Numbered from the whole stretch's first letter, positions 46,746 to 60,777 are shown. The stretch is 61,657 bases of DNA, filler included, from Sphacelaria rigidula (GCA_964200075.2; 11 parts of 11 records of this genome joined end to end with filler, not necessarily neighbours in it); one strand, 5' to 3'. Numbers and translations are program-made. The notes: generated from the sequence alone by a model not told the origin.

Positions 46746-48844
46746 AAAAAAAAAAACATCGTTTTCTGCGTTTCCTATACTTGATTTCCTGTTTTTTCCC
46801 GCTCTTCCGCGCTTTTCTGCGCTTAATTCTTGCTCTTTTGCGCCCCCCCTCCTCTTTTATTCGGCTCCTCAAATTCTTTTTCGACCCTAAAGTTCTTGCG
46901 GTCCCCCATGTTGAAGAAGAACATCCTACCGCACATCTCTCTCGCGTTTGTCATGGTTCGCATATGTTTCTCGGGCGATAATTTTTACACGTGTTGTGTT
47001 TTTAGTCTTGTGCCAGTTCAAAATGCCACATGATCCATGGAGAGAAGTACATATACTTCGAGTAATAGTCATTTTTTTTTATGCGCGTGTTTTCAATTTT
47101 CTTCATGTTCAAATGTGAACATTATGTGCCGATTTATGGGTACTTTGGTGACGAATGCGCGACTTATGCGCCTTTTTCGCGTCGTTCTTGAGGTGGTTCC
47201 TGGCGGGTTCGTAGCTGCACCGCCCATGGAACGTACCTTCCAGCAAGAAAACAAGACGGCACGTTGAACAGTTCGAGATTTCACGATTGTTTGGAAGGAA
47301 GGCTCCCTCGTTTTCTTCTTCGGTCATTGGTTTTGAAGGCCATTACAGAAATAGTAATAAAAAAGAAGTAGGGGAGGTAAAAATAAAAGTTCTGCGCTTT
47401 TCCTCTCACCCTCTGCTCCTATGCGGTCTCCTTCCCGTCGCGCCGTTGGGGCGCTGGAGTCCGCATCTCGATCATCTCGACCTCTTTCTGCTCTGCCAGA
47501 GGAGAGAAGTGCTCACTGCTGTACTGTCGGTGCACTGTGTTCTGTGCGCTGTACACTGTACAGTTGTGGATTGGACTGGCGTGTGACGTTGTGGTGGGAG
47601 CCGCTGTTTGATGTGAAAAATGACACATTTATTTCTTAATCAGCTTAACATGAACATAGACTAGCCCACATACAGAACCAGAACCTGCTGTGATACAGAC
47701 AGCTGCCGCCGTCAATAAACGAGGATGCAGCAGCTCCGTGCTGGCTCAGTTTGTTTGTCCCAACCAGCACGCACCCGCCTGGCGTGTCCTCCCCGATCAC
47801 AGCATCCGACTACAACGGAAGTACCAGAGGAGACACAACAGACAGCTGTACAGCCGTCACGTGACGGTTGTTTCAACCATTCTTTGTTTCGACAGCAGAT
47901 CCTACCCCAGTTCTGTGCAGCCCGAAACACGGCATGCAGCAGTACGACTGCTCAGGCACTCTCCAGTGCACATCGCACCGTGATCGTCGTAAAGTGTTTA
48001 GATGCCCAACAGCACAGCGAGAACTACAGCATAGAAATGATTGTTTGTGGAGTGCCTTATTCCTTTGACTAGAGACGAAACAGCCGACACACCATGAGCG
48101 TTTCAACGGTGTGTAGAGAGCACTGCGTCCCGACAAGATTATGATTCGTCGCGACTAACGGAATGACAATATATAGAGCAACTCAGGCACTCCCTGCGGA
48201 GATCGAACCGTCTCCACAAAGGCCTGAAACGCCACAGCGAAGCGATACCTACAGCACACAAGGCAGAGCATGAGTGTGTTTGTGCTGCAGCAAAGTGGTA
48301 CAGGATATGTTCCATTCGATAGTTCTTTCCCTGATACCGGGTGAGTCCTTGATTTTTGCCCAGTGGTGATTTTCAAACGCTGGGCCATAACCGCGGAGCT
48401 AATTTAATTCACTTTGAGTTACTGTACCCCTATCTGCGGGAGATGAGCCAAAATGTATGCGCGCATAAGAAGCAAAAGCCTGACTGTAATCTGTCACGGA
48501 TTCCCGGCAAGCTTCTTCCGAGACCATGCAAGTTGTTCAGCACAAGATAGGTAAGCTACACCAGCGGGTTGCCATGTTTGGTGCGATTGCGTTTTTCTTC
48601 AAGCTACATGATCGTGGTCAAGCTGTATCACTCGAGCAGGATGGGAAAACATTGACTTCGCGCAATAGGGATGATCGTACTACGTAGTGTTCAGATGGTG
48701 AGATATCCCCATGAGACTGTTTAGACCCTTGTAATGCGTGAGACGATCGACCGCGTGCTTAGGGGACCGCGTTGTAGTCGGAAACACCTCGGGATGAGCG
48801 TGTTTCAGTACATATCAGGCGAGTCCCTGCCGAGACCTCTCTCC

Positions 48845-48886
48845 TGACCCTAACCCCAACACTAACCCTAACCCTAAACCTAACCA
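48845..48886 (+). repeat. Interstitial degenerate telomere-like (CCCTAA)n
   Basis: CCCTAACCCCAACACTAACCCTAACCCTAAACCTAA. Confidence 0.6.
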
Positions 48887-50149
48887 TAGGGATGTTCAAA
48901 TTCCGATGCGGTCCTTTAAGCACGCGGCCCTCGCCCGCATTACACCATGGCTGCATGTCTCTCTGCTCTGCACAACCGTCAACCGTAACGTAAATATCAC
49001 GAGGCTTACAAAGGAACAAAATTAGCAAGATGCAGCTCAACGTTCATGCGACGCGTCGAACGTACATCACGGTGCTTCGCGCTTGATGACCAATTGCGAG
49101 CCTGGTCCGGCGAAAACCCGGCCAGCTCCTTCCTGCTTTGTAGGCATGCTTCAACGAGCACGAGCAGCTACGGTCACGCAGCGGATGGTCAACACTCTGA
49201 CTTCACTATGCGTGACAAGGCACTAGCCGCTTTGTATTGTGTACCTTTTATGCAGTAGTGAGACAACGAAAAAGGTATGGAAAATGACAAGGTTGCCCAC
49301 TCTTGAATCGTGAAACGGTACAGCGGCCTCTACAGTATTGTCTGCACTCCTTGTGAGCGGTGTTTTGAGTGAGTGGGTGCGTGTTTCGTACAAGAGGATA
49401 TAAAAGAGGAGCGGGCAGAGTGCCGTGCAGACAGCCCAGGACTATCAGTCCTCTCTGCTTACAAATGCGACGTGAAAAAGACTTCAGCAACGTGCAACTT
49501 TGTACTGTCTACACTGTTGTTGTCCATGAGCGGCACGCAACTCGATTGCCCACTGTACCAGGCAGTTCCGTCGCTAATCCGTACCATCAGAGATCAGACG
49601 CGCAAGTTTTCGCCAACAAAAAATAATCAAAGCACACCTGACTACCGCGGTATTTTTATCCCTGGGCTTAACTCGTGCTCCATGCTGCAGGGGTTGTGGT
49701 GGTAGCTGAGAATGAGTTGGATGGAGCCTGCACGGTCCTATGAACAGGTGTCATCTGGCGTGGTGGTCTGTAAGATAGGAGATAGGAGTCAATAAGTGCC
49801 GCTTCGTACCTTTCGACCGCATGTTTTCGATCGAAAACGGTTGTTTTGTCACCTCGAGCAATTCTTCTCCGCGCGCCGCTAATTATAATTTCGAGTGGAA
49901 GCTATCTGGGAACATAAATGTGGTGAACCTATCAGATCGGCGAAAAAAACTCGACCGCACTCTTTTGAAAAAAGAAATCGACACGCCTATTTCATTCATC
50001 CAGAGGGTGAAACAACGAAGAGAAGGGCGTGAAACCAGCATGACCTCTGGGGGCCGGGCCACCCATATCATCGCTGTAGAGTTGCAGCAGTCGACACATC
50101 CCTCTGGAGGAATTCATTTTGTTGTAGAGCCTCCGCAGAATGCACGCGA

Positions 50150-50427
50150 CCCCTTTAGGGGGAGCCCAATGTCCTCCCTCCAGAGGGTCTCCAGTGGGCT
50201 ATTGATGTACGGGCTGACAAACCCTCTAGAATGGTAGAAAATGGACCCCTCTCCCGCTTTTTGCCCCTCCATAGGTCCTGTAGAGGGTGTTTTCCCTCTC
50301 TAGAGGATGGACTTTCCCTCTAGAGGGAATTTTGGGGCGAGCCAAATGGCCGGGTGTGAAGGCTTGTGTATTATTAGGACAAACGTCACAGTAGGGTATA
50401 CCATGTTGCATTAGCGACAAGCCTGGG
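50150..50427 (-). mobile_element. Putative DNA-transposon terminus with CCCTCTAGA subterminal repeats
   Basis: Minus strand reads TA-CCCAGGCTTGTCGCTAATGCAACATGGTATACCC, matching position 1-40 of contig 1; repeated CCCTCTAGA/CCCTCCAGA motifs follow. Confidence 0.55.
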
Positions 50428-51054
50428 TACNNNNNNNNNNNNNNNNNNNNNNNNNNNNNNNNNNNNNNNNNNNNTTAATTAATTAANNNNNNNNNNNNNN
50501 NNNNNNNNNNNNNNNNNNNNNNNNNNNNNNTGTGCTAATTGTTTGAATATTCTCTGCTGCTTCGTTTTTGCGGTATGTGAGCAAAAGGGTCAAGTGGGGT
50601 TGGTGTTGTGTGTGACGCCCGCAACTACTGCCACTTTTCGTTTCTTTTGCTGATGTTGAGAAGGACGGTGAATGTAGGGTGGAACGTAGTGGGCGTGTGC
50701 TTCCCGAGTGCAACAGCTAAACAATACAAGCACACAACAATACATCAGTGCAGTCGCTGGAGCAACTAACTACATTTCCGCCGCACCGACCACTCCTAGG
50801 CTTGTAAACATGTACTCAAGTTAGAGGTCCTTTCATATTAGCGAGATCGTCATTCGGAGATGACGTCTGTATTTGTGATTGATACGGTTGGCTCGATTAC
50901 GGGTCATTTTTCTGCAGTGGATAGTGGTCGGTCCATTTTACAGATATATAGTGCCCAAAATCGGGCCCCATTCACCCCCATGACAGTGGGGGTGGAAAAA
51001 TGCGCGGTAGCTAGTTGTATGTAACGAAGATGAGGAAAACCTGGTAACTTAAAA

Positions 51055-52290
51055 TGAAAGTGGTACCGATCATAGACAAACATACTTACCTTGGCGTGAA
51101 GATACCTTGGCTATTTTCAGATGCACATATGGATGAAGTAACAGGAAATAGTATGGCGCAGATAGGCAAGGTAGACGGGATTCTGAAAGACTCGCACCTG
51201 GACACTGGGATTGAGATATGTTTTCTGATGAATGCGATTTTACCGAAGCTAGAAAATGCAGGACAAGCATGGGAGGGGCTGCCAACTTGGTGCAGCAGCT
51301 GGAAGCAGTACAGATGATGGCAGCTAAGAAAGTACTTGGATGCCCTCGTGCGACGCATAACGCAGTATTTAAAGCAGAGCTGTGATTGTACCCACTTGAA
51401 AAAAAGTGAGACATAGGAAAGTTGAAACGGCAAGATAACGTTAGGGGCATGGCAAGAACGAGATTGACAGCCATAGTTTATACGGTTGTATGAAAGGAAG
51501 TAATGAAAGTGCCGGCTGGAATAAGGTGGGGTAGCGTCGTCGAGAAAGTATGGCAGAATATAAGAGCAAACCAAGACGACATAATGTCCACATGTGAATG
51601 GGGCGGGTACAAGACATCAGTAAGGAATATGATGGAAGGGAGGCAGGGAAACTAGCGATAAGACAGAAGGTGGACGAGAGGAGCGCCTGGAGATATTCAG
51701 GGGGGTTGAGAGAAGAGATTGAGATGAAAACATATCTGCACGGCCCAATGGATTACGCGAAATAACTTGAAGTGCGATTTCATGTGGGGGGCCTGGACCT
51801 GGACCTGCCAGAGAAGAAAGGTATAACGGTAGTCGGGTAGAGGAGGAAGTAGATGCACAGAATTGCCCCTCTGGTAAACCACTAGAGAGTAAAGGAAGTG
51901 GAAGAATGTAGACTATGTAAGGAGGAACGGGACGTGTTGAAGGGGAATAAAATAGGCCGTAAACGAAGTTGGCATGGAATCGTTTGATACATTGAGATGT
52001 AGCGAGAAAACTCTGTCTATATGTCTATACTAGGGGATGGATGGTGGTCACAGACGCGAAACCGGAAGGGTATAGATATGCATACGTTTCTTCTGTGAGG
52101 TGTGATGAAAACGTAATGAGCGCCCAAATGTTGGAGGTGTCACTGTTCGCAATAGGAATGGTGCTCCGTCTCAAAATATATACACGGTAAATGGTCAAAT
52201 GACTTGAGGGAAGCAACAAATGATTACGCCTCCCCCCGTCCCCCGTCCCCCGTCCCCCCTTCCCCCTTCCCCCGTCCCCCCTTCCCCCAC
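51055..52290 (+). mobile_element. 5'-truncated LINE (end of RT domain to 3' end)
   Basis: Degenerate 'HTYLGVKI' (RT domain 7-like), ILPKLENAGQAWEG, YLHGPMDYAK, and the conserved 3' end followed by (TCCCCCG/T)n. Confidence 0.82.
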
Positions 52291-52527
52291 GAAAATTGTG
52301 GTTGAGACTCGGCTTTGTCTCGACGCTCTCTCACGACTTACCCGACATAAACGACTGGTATTCTCCAAGCGGTTGCACCTGCTTAATGAGATATGGACGT
52401 ACTTGCCGGTACTCAACCGACCCTCGGGGTGCAGATAACGGACGACGTCATGTCCGTCGTGTGAGAGAGAAGCTGTCGAGAGCTTCATTCCTCCAACATT
52501 GAGTGTGCGGGCAAGACTGACTCCAGT

Positions 52528-53037
52528 TGGGGGGAGGTACTCATTTTTTACTTGCTTCAGTCATTTGGTCATTGACCGGGCATCCCTTTCGACACGGAGC
52601 ATCGCTCCTACTCCGGATCCGAGACACCTCCAACATTTGGGCGCTCTTCACGTTTTGTCTACACGTCCCACAACACTTTATCCTCTTTCCGTTCCGCCGT
52701 CTGTGGCCATCCATCTTGGTATAGCGATTGTTTTATCGCTATCTAATGTACCTCGCTATCTAATGTACCGGGCGATTCCGTACCAACTTCGTTTTCTTTC
52801 CATATTTCCCCCTTGAACACGTCCCGTTCCTCGTTGTCAAGTCCACATTATCCCACTACATGACTTCTACTCTCTACTGTATTGCCACGGGGATGATTCT
52901 GCGCATCTACTCCCTCCTCCACCCGACTACTGGTATACCTCTTTCTTCTCTCTGGCAGGTCCAGGTCTCATTAACGAAATCGCACTTCCAAATTTTTGCG
53001 TACTCAATGCATTGGCCCGTGCACGTATGTTTTCATG
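52528..53037 (-). mobile_element. LINE 3' fragment, inverted relative to 51055-52290
   Basis: Reverse complement matches ~51730-52230. Confidence 0.82.
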
Positions 53038-53552
53038 CCGACGAGCCGGGCCAGTCGTAAGATATAAAAATTCCCCAGCACGCAAAAAATTGTTCACTTT
53101 CCCGAATCAGCCCGATTTAAGCATATCGCTGTGATCTGCGCACCAACCTGGTTATGCATGGCTTCGCCGCTGTCCGATTGGTTCAGTTCTATCGATGGCG
53201 TTGTTGTACTGTATTGGGCACCGGGTGCGTCTCATCCCGTGGCGTGAGAGCGTGTTCTGAGTTTTTTCTTCGTATACAACACGCGGCGGAATTACGTGGT
53301 CACAACTTCGACACGCACTATCAAGAGTTCGCTGGGAATGCTGCGAGATGGCGTCAAGCTTGTCAACAGCTCGATCATGGGAGAGGACCTCCCGGTCGAT
53401 CATCACATACAACGAGCGCAGGCACAAGTATCCATCTGAGACTGGGCTGCAACGCTTTTATCAGCCAAATCCCCGATACCCGTAGTGATAGTTTTTTTCT
53501 CACTGGTGGAACGAAAAGAATCTGCGCAGATTATGAGAGGGGAAACGATCGT

Positions 53553-53614
53553 GTCGGGATTCGAACTCGTGACCTGTTTAAATAGAGGCAGCTGCACCAG
53601 TTGGACTACCGGGG
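53553..53614 (-). mobile_element. tRNA-derived SINE head or tRNA pseudogene
   Basis: Minus strand has A-box-like TAGTCCAACTGG (53597-53608) and B-box GAGTTCGAATCC (53557-53568); no full cloverleaf. A similar B-box GGGTTCGAGTC lies at ~57873-57883. Confidence 0.5.
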
Positions 53615-53959
53615 TGAAGCGGTGTCACACAAGAACTTCCACGCTGCTGGCCCAATTCTAGGAGGTTCAAGCAGAAATTTTACCAGGATCTCTTTTGCGT
53701 GCAAGTATAAAAATCGTGACGGGAGATGTCGCCATTTTTTTTTTTTCTAGCGGAGTTTCGCTATTTTATAGTTTTTGCTGAAATTTCGAATCGCTTCAAC
53801 TTCTCTTTTTTTTTGTCTTCCCCGAAAGTGGTGCGCGTGTCGATGATGATAATGTCGGGTCGAAACTTTCAGCGCCCAGCTCCTCAAATTAAACCCCGCA
53901 TCACCTGTACGAAGACAACACAAAACACTGTCAACTGGCTCAGGTCGTACAACATCTCC

Positions 53960-54465
53960 GTCCTCAACCCCCCGTATATATTTCAGGTGCTCTTCCCCGT
54001 TTACCTTCTGTTTTACCGCTAGTTTTCCCCTTACTTCCATCACGTTTCTTACTTTAGTCTTGTACCCGCCATACTCACCGATGGACATTATCTCGTCTTG
54101 GTTTCCTCCCATGTCCATCCATACTTTCACGACTACGCTATCCAACCGTAATCCAGTCCGCGTTTTCGTTACTTTCTTCCAAACAGCCCTATCGACTGTG
54201 GCCGTCAATCGCTGTGTCGGCATGAGTCTGGCGAGGAGGAGTGATGGGAGCGTACTCATTTGTTGCTTGCCTTGCTTGTTTGAGCGTTGACCGCGCATCC
54301 CTTTCGAGACCGAGCACCGTTCCTACTCCTGATAAAGACACCTCCAACATCTTGGTGTTCATCACGTTTTCCCCATACACTACGCAAAAACCGTATATAT
54401 ATCTTATTCCCGTCTTGCTTCGCCGTCGGTGGTCACCATCTATCTCCTAGTGTAGCAATCGTTTC
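53960..54465 (-). mobile_element. Two adjacent LINE fragments (body 53960-54230; 3' end 54245-54465)
   Basis: VDRAVWKKVTK...GGYKTKVR matches 22960-23200; the 3' motif AAGGCAAGCAACAAATGAGTACGCTCCC is present. Confidence 0.8.
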
Positions 54466-55072
54466 CCCGCACGAAGTGTAGTACGAATCTGCTAACCGGG
54501 CCCCTAGCATTGGCATTGGCAAGAATAGTAATCTCTCGGGACGGGTGCGGAGGAACTTGCACACAAAAATCAGCACTGAATCTCGTGGACGCCTCGTTTC
54601 AAAGTATGCTTCACGCTCGTGAGTTCGAAATATTCTATATATATATATGTATTATTGTGTCATCGGGCATCCAGCCATCTATCCAAGGGTGCTTAACTCA
54701 CCAGAAGATTTTTTCACCGCCTGTCCATCGACATGCACGCGTAACACACCGTCATGGTAACTTCTGAGGAAAACGTCTTCCGTGAGTTCACCGTTCGGCG
54801 AGCTACCTACTCTCCTGTGTCTTGTACTTTGTGTTATTTCCCATACATTACTACGCAATGCCGAAAGAGCTGCGCTGTTGTTCCTCTTGCGTCGAAGATC
54901 CTTGCTCCCTGGAGTACTTCATGGCTGTTGTCTGCAAGTTCGGGCGCGGCTGATCTTCATCTTTTATCTGGATTGATATGATGCTCACCCACCCTCCCCG
55001 CCCCTCCCGCTGCCTCCTCCCCTCTGCTCCTACCCCTGCCATACCCTGGATATTGTCCCGTGCTTTGTTCAG

Positions 55073-55620
55073 GTGAACGATTTTCATAAGGTACCTCCGC
55101 AAATGCTGAGAGCAATATCGAGTCGTGGACTCAACCCCGCCATGGCTTTCACAGAGGATATTGCCACGATCGTGAACGAGGTAAGCTTGTATCTTCAGCA
55201 AAAAATGGGGGTGGGGGGTGGGGGGCCGTGATGATCAGTATATTGTGAACAAGAGTACATTGAAACGTGATCATGCCACGAGAAAATAATAATAAACGAT
55301 TATTAATAATATCAATCTCAGGTCACCCGGTTCGTTTCCTTCTTCTTTTTTATCGGAAATACTACCAAGTCGCCAGTCGACTTCTTGATTTCGTTGTTAA
55401 CTTGCATTTCCGTTACTGTTGATCACGTTGGATGAACGGATGGTCAAAGAAAAAAGTCATTTTTTTCCAGTCTCTCCGTTCTTGTATTTGTCTTTTTTGT
55501 AAGACAGGCCTGTGGACAGTAGGCTTGACTGAACTCACCCGGGACAGTGGGTGTGTGTAGGTCCTAGCTTTTCACTTTCTGAAAGAGTACGGAGCGTGTA
55601 AACACGCGACGTGGACTTGA
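55073..55620 (+). CDS. Probable last two exons of an unidentified gene (55073-55180, 55561-55620)
   Basis: TTCAG|VNDFHKVPPQMLRAISSRGLNPAMAFTEDIATIVNE|GTAAGC, then TAG|VLAFHFLKEYGACKHATWT*; phase 0. Confidence 0.5.
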
Positions 55621-58287
55621 ACCGGATGAGTTTTGCAAGGCAAGGGTTGGAGTTGGACAACAGATTGACCGCGTGGGGCGCCCGGACTGGGTGCATCCTA
55701 GACGAGGAGATGACGAGCCCAGACTGGGGATTGGAGGATAACGGTTCCTGGGTGACAGGCCCCGGATGACGGGCCGGGATGACATGCCTGGGGTCATAAT
55801 CGCACTTTGTGTTGTTCGAGTGGATTTCACCAAACTTGTCCATTTGTGCTCCGTCGTAGTCCGAGGTTTTTGCCTTTTTAATTTCACGATTTCTCCGAGG
55901 ACAAAGTCGAAAATACAAACGGCCCAACAGCCTCGTATGTTTTACTCTCTAATTATACGAGAAACCCTCGCACCCCCTCCTCCCCTGCACACCCATGAGG
56001 CAGTGTATAAGCCATGGCTGTCTCTGGAAGTGGCGATACCACAGNNNNNNNNNNNNNNNNNNNNNNNNNNNNNNNNNNNNNNNNNNNNTTAATTAATTAA
56101 NNNNNNNNNNNNNNNNNNNNNNNNNNNNNNNNNNNNNNNNNNNNAACATCCTTCAGCCCGTTATAATTGACAATGTATCGCGAGTTGTGCCTACTATGAC
56201 ACATCGTGGTAATCGGCAAATCAGCGCGCGTCTTCAAATCCATGTAGCACTGCGATTCGACAAGGTCTCATCAAACGAAATACCAAACTGTGGTCAAGTG
56301 CGAAAGTGTAAAGAGTTGAGGGCACTATGTGCGGCGGAATTAGCGAAAAGAAAACGGCTGAGATTGGATTTAAGGTCACAGTCGGTTGTGCCGCGTGGTG
56401 CCGCACAAGCTGTAGCACAATTCCCGAGCTCAGTTTTTAGTCGCTTTCGACGAAATTTTGACATGTACAGGACGTATGTGCAAACACCCCTTCGTTCCTC
56501 CCGTGTTACACCCCATTCGTGACTTATTGGAGAATGAACATACCAGAACAGTTTCTCCGGAACATAATTACCAATAACTCACGAAGAAAAGCATAGAGGG
56601 AAAGGTTTGGTGTTTCCACATACGTCCTGTACATGGTGTCGGAATTTCATCGAAAACGATCCAAAATGGAGCGAAGTAGATGCGTTTCTTGCGCGGCCCA
56701 GCCTGTATATCTTTTTGTTCTTTCAATGAGGAAAAGTCCCTATTTTTCTTCTCTTGGTGTAATTTTTGCCTGCTTAGGGGAGTATCCTTCTGTCTCTACA
56801 ACGCGAAGGGGTTGGTTGAGGGTGTTTTTATTTGTATTTTTTTTCTATGATTTTGGTTGTTGGGATGTGCGAAGAATGGTTTGGACACGTGCGTGGGAAC
56901 TGTGCTGTAGTGAAGACGATTTTTGTGAGGTAATTTTTTTTGTCGTTGTTGGCGCACGCGTCTTACTTCCGTCATGTCTAATCGTAGTTCGTCGTCAAGA
57001 TATGCGCGTTTCGGAGGGGGGTGTATTCATGATCATGCATGCCGCTGGAGGGGGGGGGGGGGGGAGGCGGAAACAACCACCGCCCGGTCGTGTTCAGGGT
57101 GTGTTTTCTTGTAAGCATTTCACATCCTGGACAATAAACTCTATTGTAAGAAAATGTACCGCGTACAGTATGGAATCCGTTGTCTACTGTATTAGACGCC
57201 ATGGTCGATACTGCATGCAGACCTTTCGAGAAAATACTGTCCATTGTCCAGGGGGTGGATCATTTCACGATATATGGAAACATGATTGCATGATTGTTTC
57301 CATGACGGTGTCGGAGGGGGTTGGGAAGGAAGGGGGAGAGGGGGGGGGCGTTCTCATTTGTTGCTTGCCTTAGTCGTTTGACCACTGACCACGCATCCCT
57401 TTCGAGACGGAGGGAGAGGGGGGGGGGTGGGGCGTCTGTTGACGTGGTCACAGTGCCCGCCGGCTTTTTGCTACAGTCGGTTTGAGCATGACATATATAT
57501 ATATATATATATATTTTTTCATCGTTTTTGCTTTTTCTGTTCTTCCAGGAATGGGAGGCATGGAAGAGGACGCGTGTAATGTAACGCGGCCTCGTAAAGA
57601 GAGAAAGAAAGGGAAAGCGAGAAGGAGCAAAAAAGAGCAGGGACATTTTTTTCGCCACAGTTTCACTCTCTTCCTTTCCTCGTCACGAGTACGTAGTCTG
57701 AAGCAGATCAGTCCTTACTTCCCCGGATACCTGCCTAACATGCTGTTATCGACGGTTGGATAAGTATCCCATCAAACTCTCGTTGTGATTTCGTGGGTGC
57801 TCGCTTCCCGATCTGTTCGTCCAACGACGGCATAGCGGGCTCTGTGTTGAATCCCCAATCGTATCTGACTAGACTCGAACCCACGATCCTCTGCCCTATT
57901 GTTGCAGCCCGTGTGCCGTTTCGACGGCCGGGCCGCGCGAATGCCGATCATGGCATGGCGAGCACCCCTCCTTGTGGCGATCTCGATTATTTCGAGAGTG
58001 TGTTGGATGTGGAAATACTCCATAGCTCAGGACATGTTCGTCTCGAAAGTTACTTCGTATATTCCTGGCCCATTGTAATGCTCATGGTGACGTGTTTTCA
58101 CATCTTTCGTAAGTCATATCTTGGGGCAAAACGTAGGGCTCGTAACAATAACAACCTGAAAAGCGTTGTGTGCGCGCCTGTCATGGCACCACCTGAGTGC
58201 CCTCGTGAAAAAATCCTGACTATTCGTCTCTCCCCATTTTTTGTTCGCGACGTGCCCTGTTCTACCCCGTGAAACATCCGTCAGCAG

Positions 58288-60741
58288 AGCATCCCGAAGG
58301 TTGAGAAAAAAGTGGAACCGCCGAAGCCAGCTGCGGCGGCGCCTAAAGCAGAAGTCAAGGTGTGTGTGTGTGTGTGTTTGAATTGTTACTCAGAGTGTGT
58401 TTTCGTTGTTGTCACTATGACTGGGTCGCGCCTTCAACCCGTAAAGACATTATCCAGGAAAAGACAAAAGAAAGTATTGAATACTGATTTGACGCCTTCC
58501 TGGGTACAAATTACCGCAGCGATGAAAACTTTCGAATAATATCACCTGGAAAAAAGCATATGCACAAATTCCATTTTTCGGCTACATGCTCGCCTCCTAT
58601 ATTTTTTGTCATGTTCTACACTGTCTTGCTAATGAGCGTGTCAGAAATGTGCTTGACCTTCTGTTGTGCAAGGTCTCTGGTTCCCCTTGGTGGGCCATGG
58701 CTGTAGTCTGCAGGTCGGGGCGGGGCAGACGGTAATCTCATCCTGAACACGCCTCGACACTTACCTAACGCCATGATGGATCAATGCTAGATTGCCGCAC
58801 ACGAACAGCCCACGGGAGATAATTCGCCGGAGCGGAGGCGACTGAGTGTGCTCGGCTCTCAACCGCCCTTCCCTACTTCTGGGCGGGTTCGTAATGATTC
58901 CGTCCCATCCAATCTCGAGGAATCAATCTGTATTTTCTCTCCGGTACACCGCCTCCCTGCCTGCCCCGCTTGCCCTTTGTTCAGTGAGCGTAAGCAGTTG
59001 TACAGCGGGTCGATTGCCATCGAGGGTAAGTTCGCAAAGGGATGTTGTGCGGAAACGCTCTCATATTCGGCTGTTGGTGTGGCTGTTGGTGGCATATTCA
59101 GAATATCGGCCAGAGTTCAACCAAGTTGCTGTAATTGTTTTTTACGAGTAGTTCCTAGACACTGCAGGTTGCAAAGGCCGCTGACTCCTTCTAGGGAAAA
59201 TTACGTGAAAAGAGCGGATACCATCGGGTGCTTCAAAGAAGTAGCCTGGCGTCGTGTATGTGACACTCGGAATATAAGCGCGGTTGATTTTCTTCGCACA
59301 TTCCCCATTCGGCCACGAGTCTACCGGCAGGTATTGTCCCTTCAATGATCTCTGATAAAGCGCACGAACCCTTCCCGTCTGAGGGTCTTCCGCCTGTCAC
59401 GGGTTAGGGTCCGGCGTTTACGCTTTGAGTTCTCAATGAAACGAGTACCGTATGTCTCAAGCATGTCATGAGTTCACCAAGACGCGAGTACTGCATGTCT
59501 CGGACCATTGTTTTCTAACAGGAACCTCGCGTAAGGAACCCTGCTACTCTTTTCTCAGAAGAAATACCATTTTTCGTACTAGTATATCTATGTTTTTTTT
59601 TCCCCAATATTTTGAGTCTCAGAAAAAACGATGAGAGCTCCATGTCTTACAGGGAAAACAGGGACGGTATTTGAAAGACAAGCCCACGTCTGTGACCGCG
59701 GGTTCGAGAATGTAGGCTTATGTGCGGAAATAATCATGATCATTTCTGAGAGGTTTTACTCAGGTATGCCGCAACACCCTCCTTCATGCATATTCACAAC
59801 AGATCCCTGCCTTGAGCACAGCTTGCAAACACTCGAAGCGGCCCCACGATAGTGTTCTCAACTTTCTTTCCGAATCATTATCTGAATTAGTGGAGTCGAC
59901 TGCCGCGAGGCAGTCTACCGAGCCTTCGGGTAATCCGTACACGAAGCTGCTTTCGGGCTGAGCGTTGGGTCAGGTTTTACTCTTTCCTTCGAAGGAAAAA
60001 ATAAAGAAATATATATCGGCCAGGTGCTTCCGACGGCACCAGTTGCACCGTAGTCGTGGTGAGATTTCCTGGAGTGAATCAGTGGTCTCGTTCAATGCAT
60101 GAATACCGCAGGTGTCGCTGTTTCTCTAGTATGCGTATATTGTGCCCTAGGGCGTACAGCTTCAATTCAAGCACCCTCAAAAAGGGGTGTACTGTAGGAT
60201 ATTCCTTAGAACATTCCCGCCATCTGCTTATTTCTTTCTTTTTATCCTGGCATGACATGTCTCGCGTGCTGGCTGATACTTCTCGGCAACAGGCAGTTGT
60301 CCCTAAGGCAAAAGTCGAGGTGAAGCCTAAGGTCGAAGCGAAGCCCAAGGCCGAAGCGGAGCCTAAGGCGAAGCCTGCAGGAGGGGCTTTCAACTTCGGC
60401 GCCGAGTCGTTGGAGGAGTTCTTCGGGCTTACCAAGTCTCCTCGCCTGGTGGGTTCTCGTATGATCCGTGATGTGTATCTCGGGTAGCGCTATTTTTTTT
60501 CTGTTTCAGAGCCATCGACTTACCTCGAGCCCTCGAATCAAGGAAGGCAAAGGTAAACATGGCTCTAGAATGAAAGATCGACCGTTCTAGGGGGTAGGGG
60601 GGGGGGGGGGGGGAGAGAGAACAAGAAGCACATGTGATTGGTGGTGGTTGATTGTTTTATACCAGGGGGGTAANNNNNNNNNNCGCAGAGCGGGGAGAAC
60701 AGAGAGAGGAGGCGGGGTGGGCGGGGCAAGGGGAGAGGGGG

Positions 60742-60777
<36 letters not shown>

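Noticed and set aside
48845..48886. True telomere
   Set aside because: Short, degenerate and internal to a contig.
53553..53614. Functional tRNA gene
   Set aside because: A and B boxes are present, but I could not build the acceptor and anticodon stems; treated as SINE-like.
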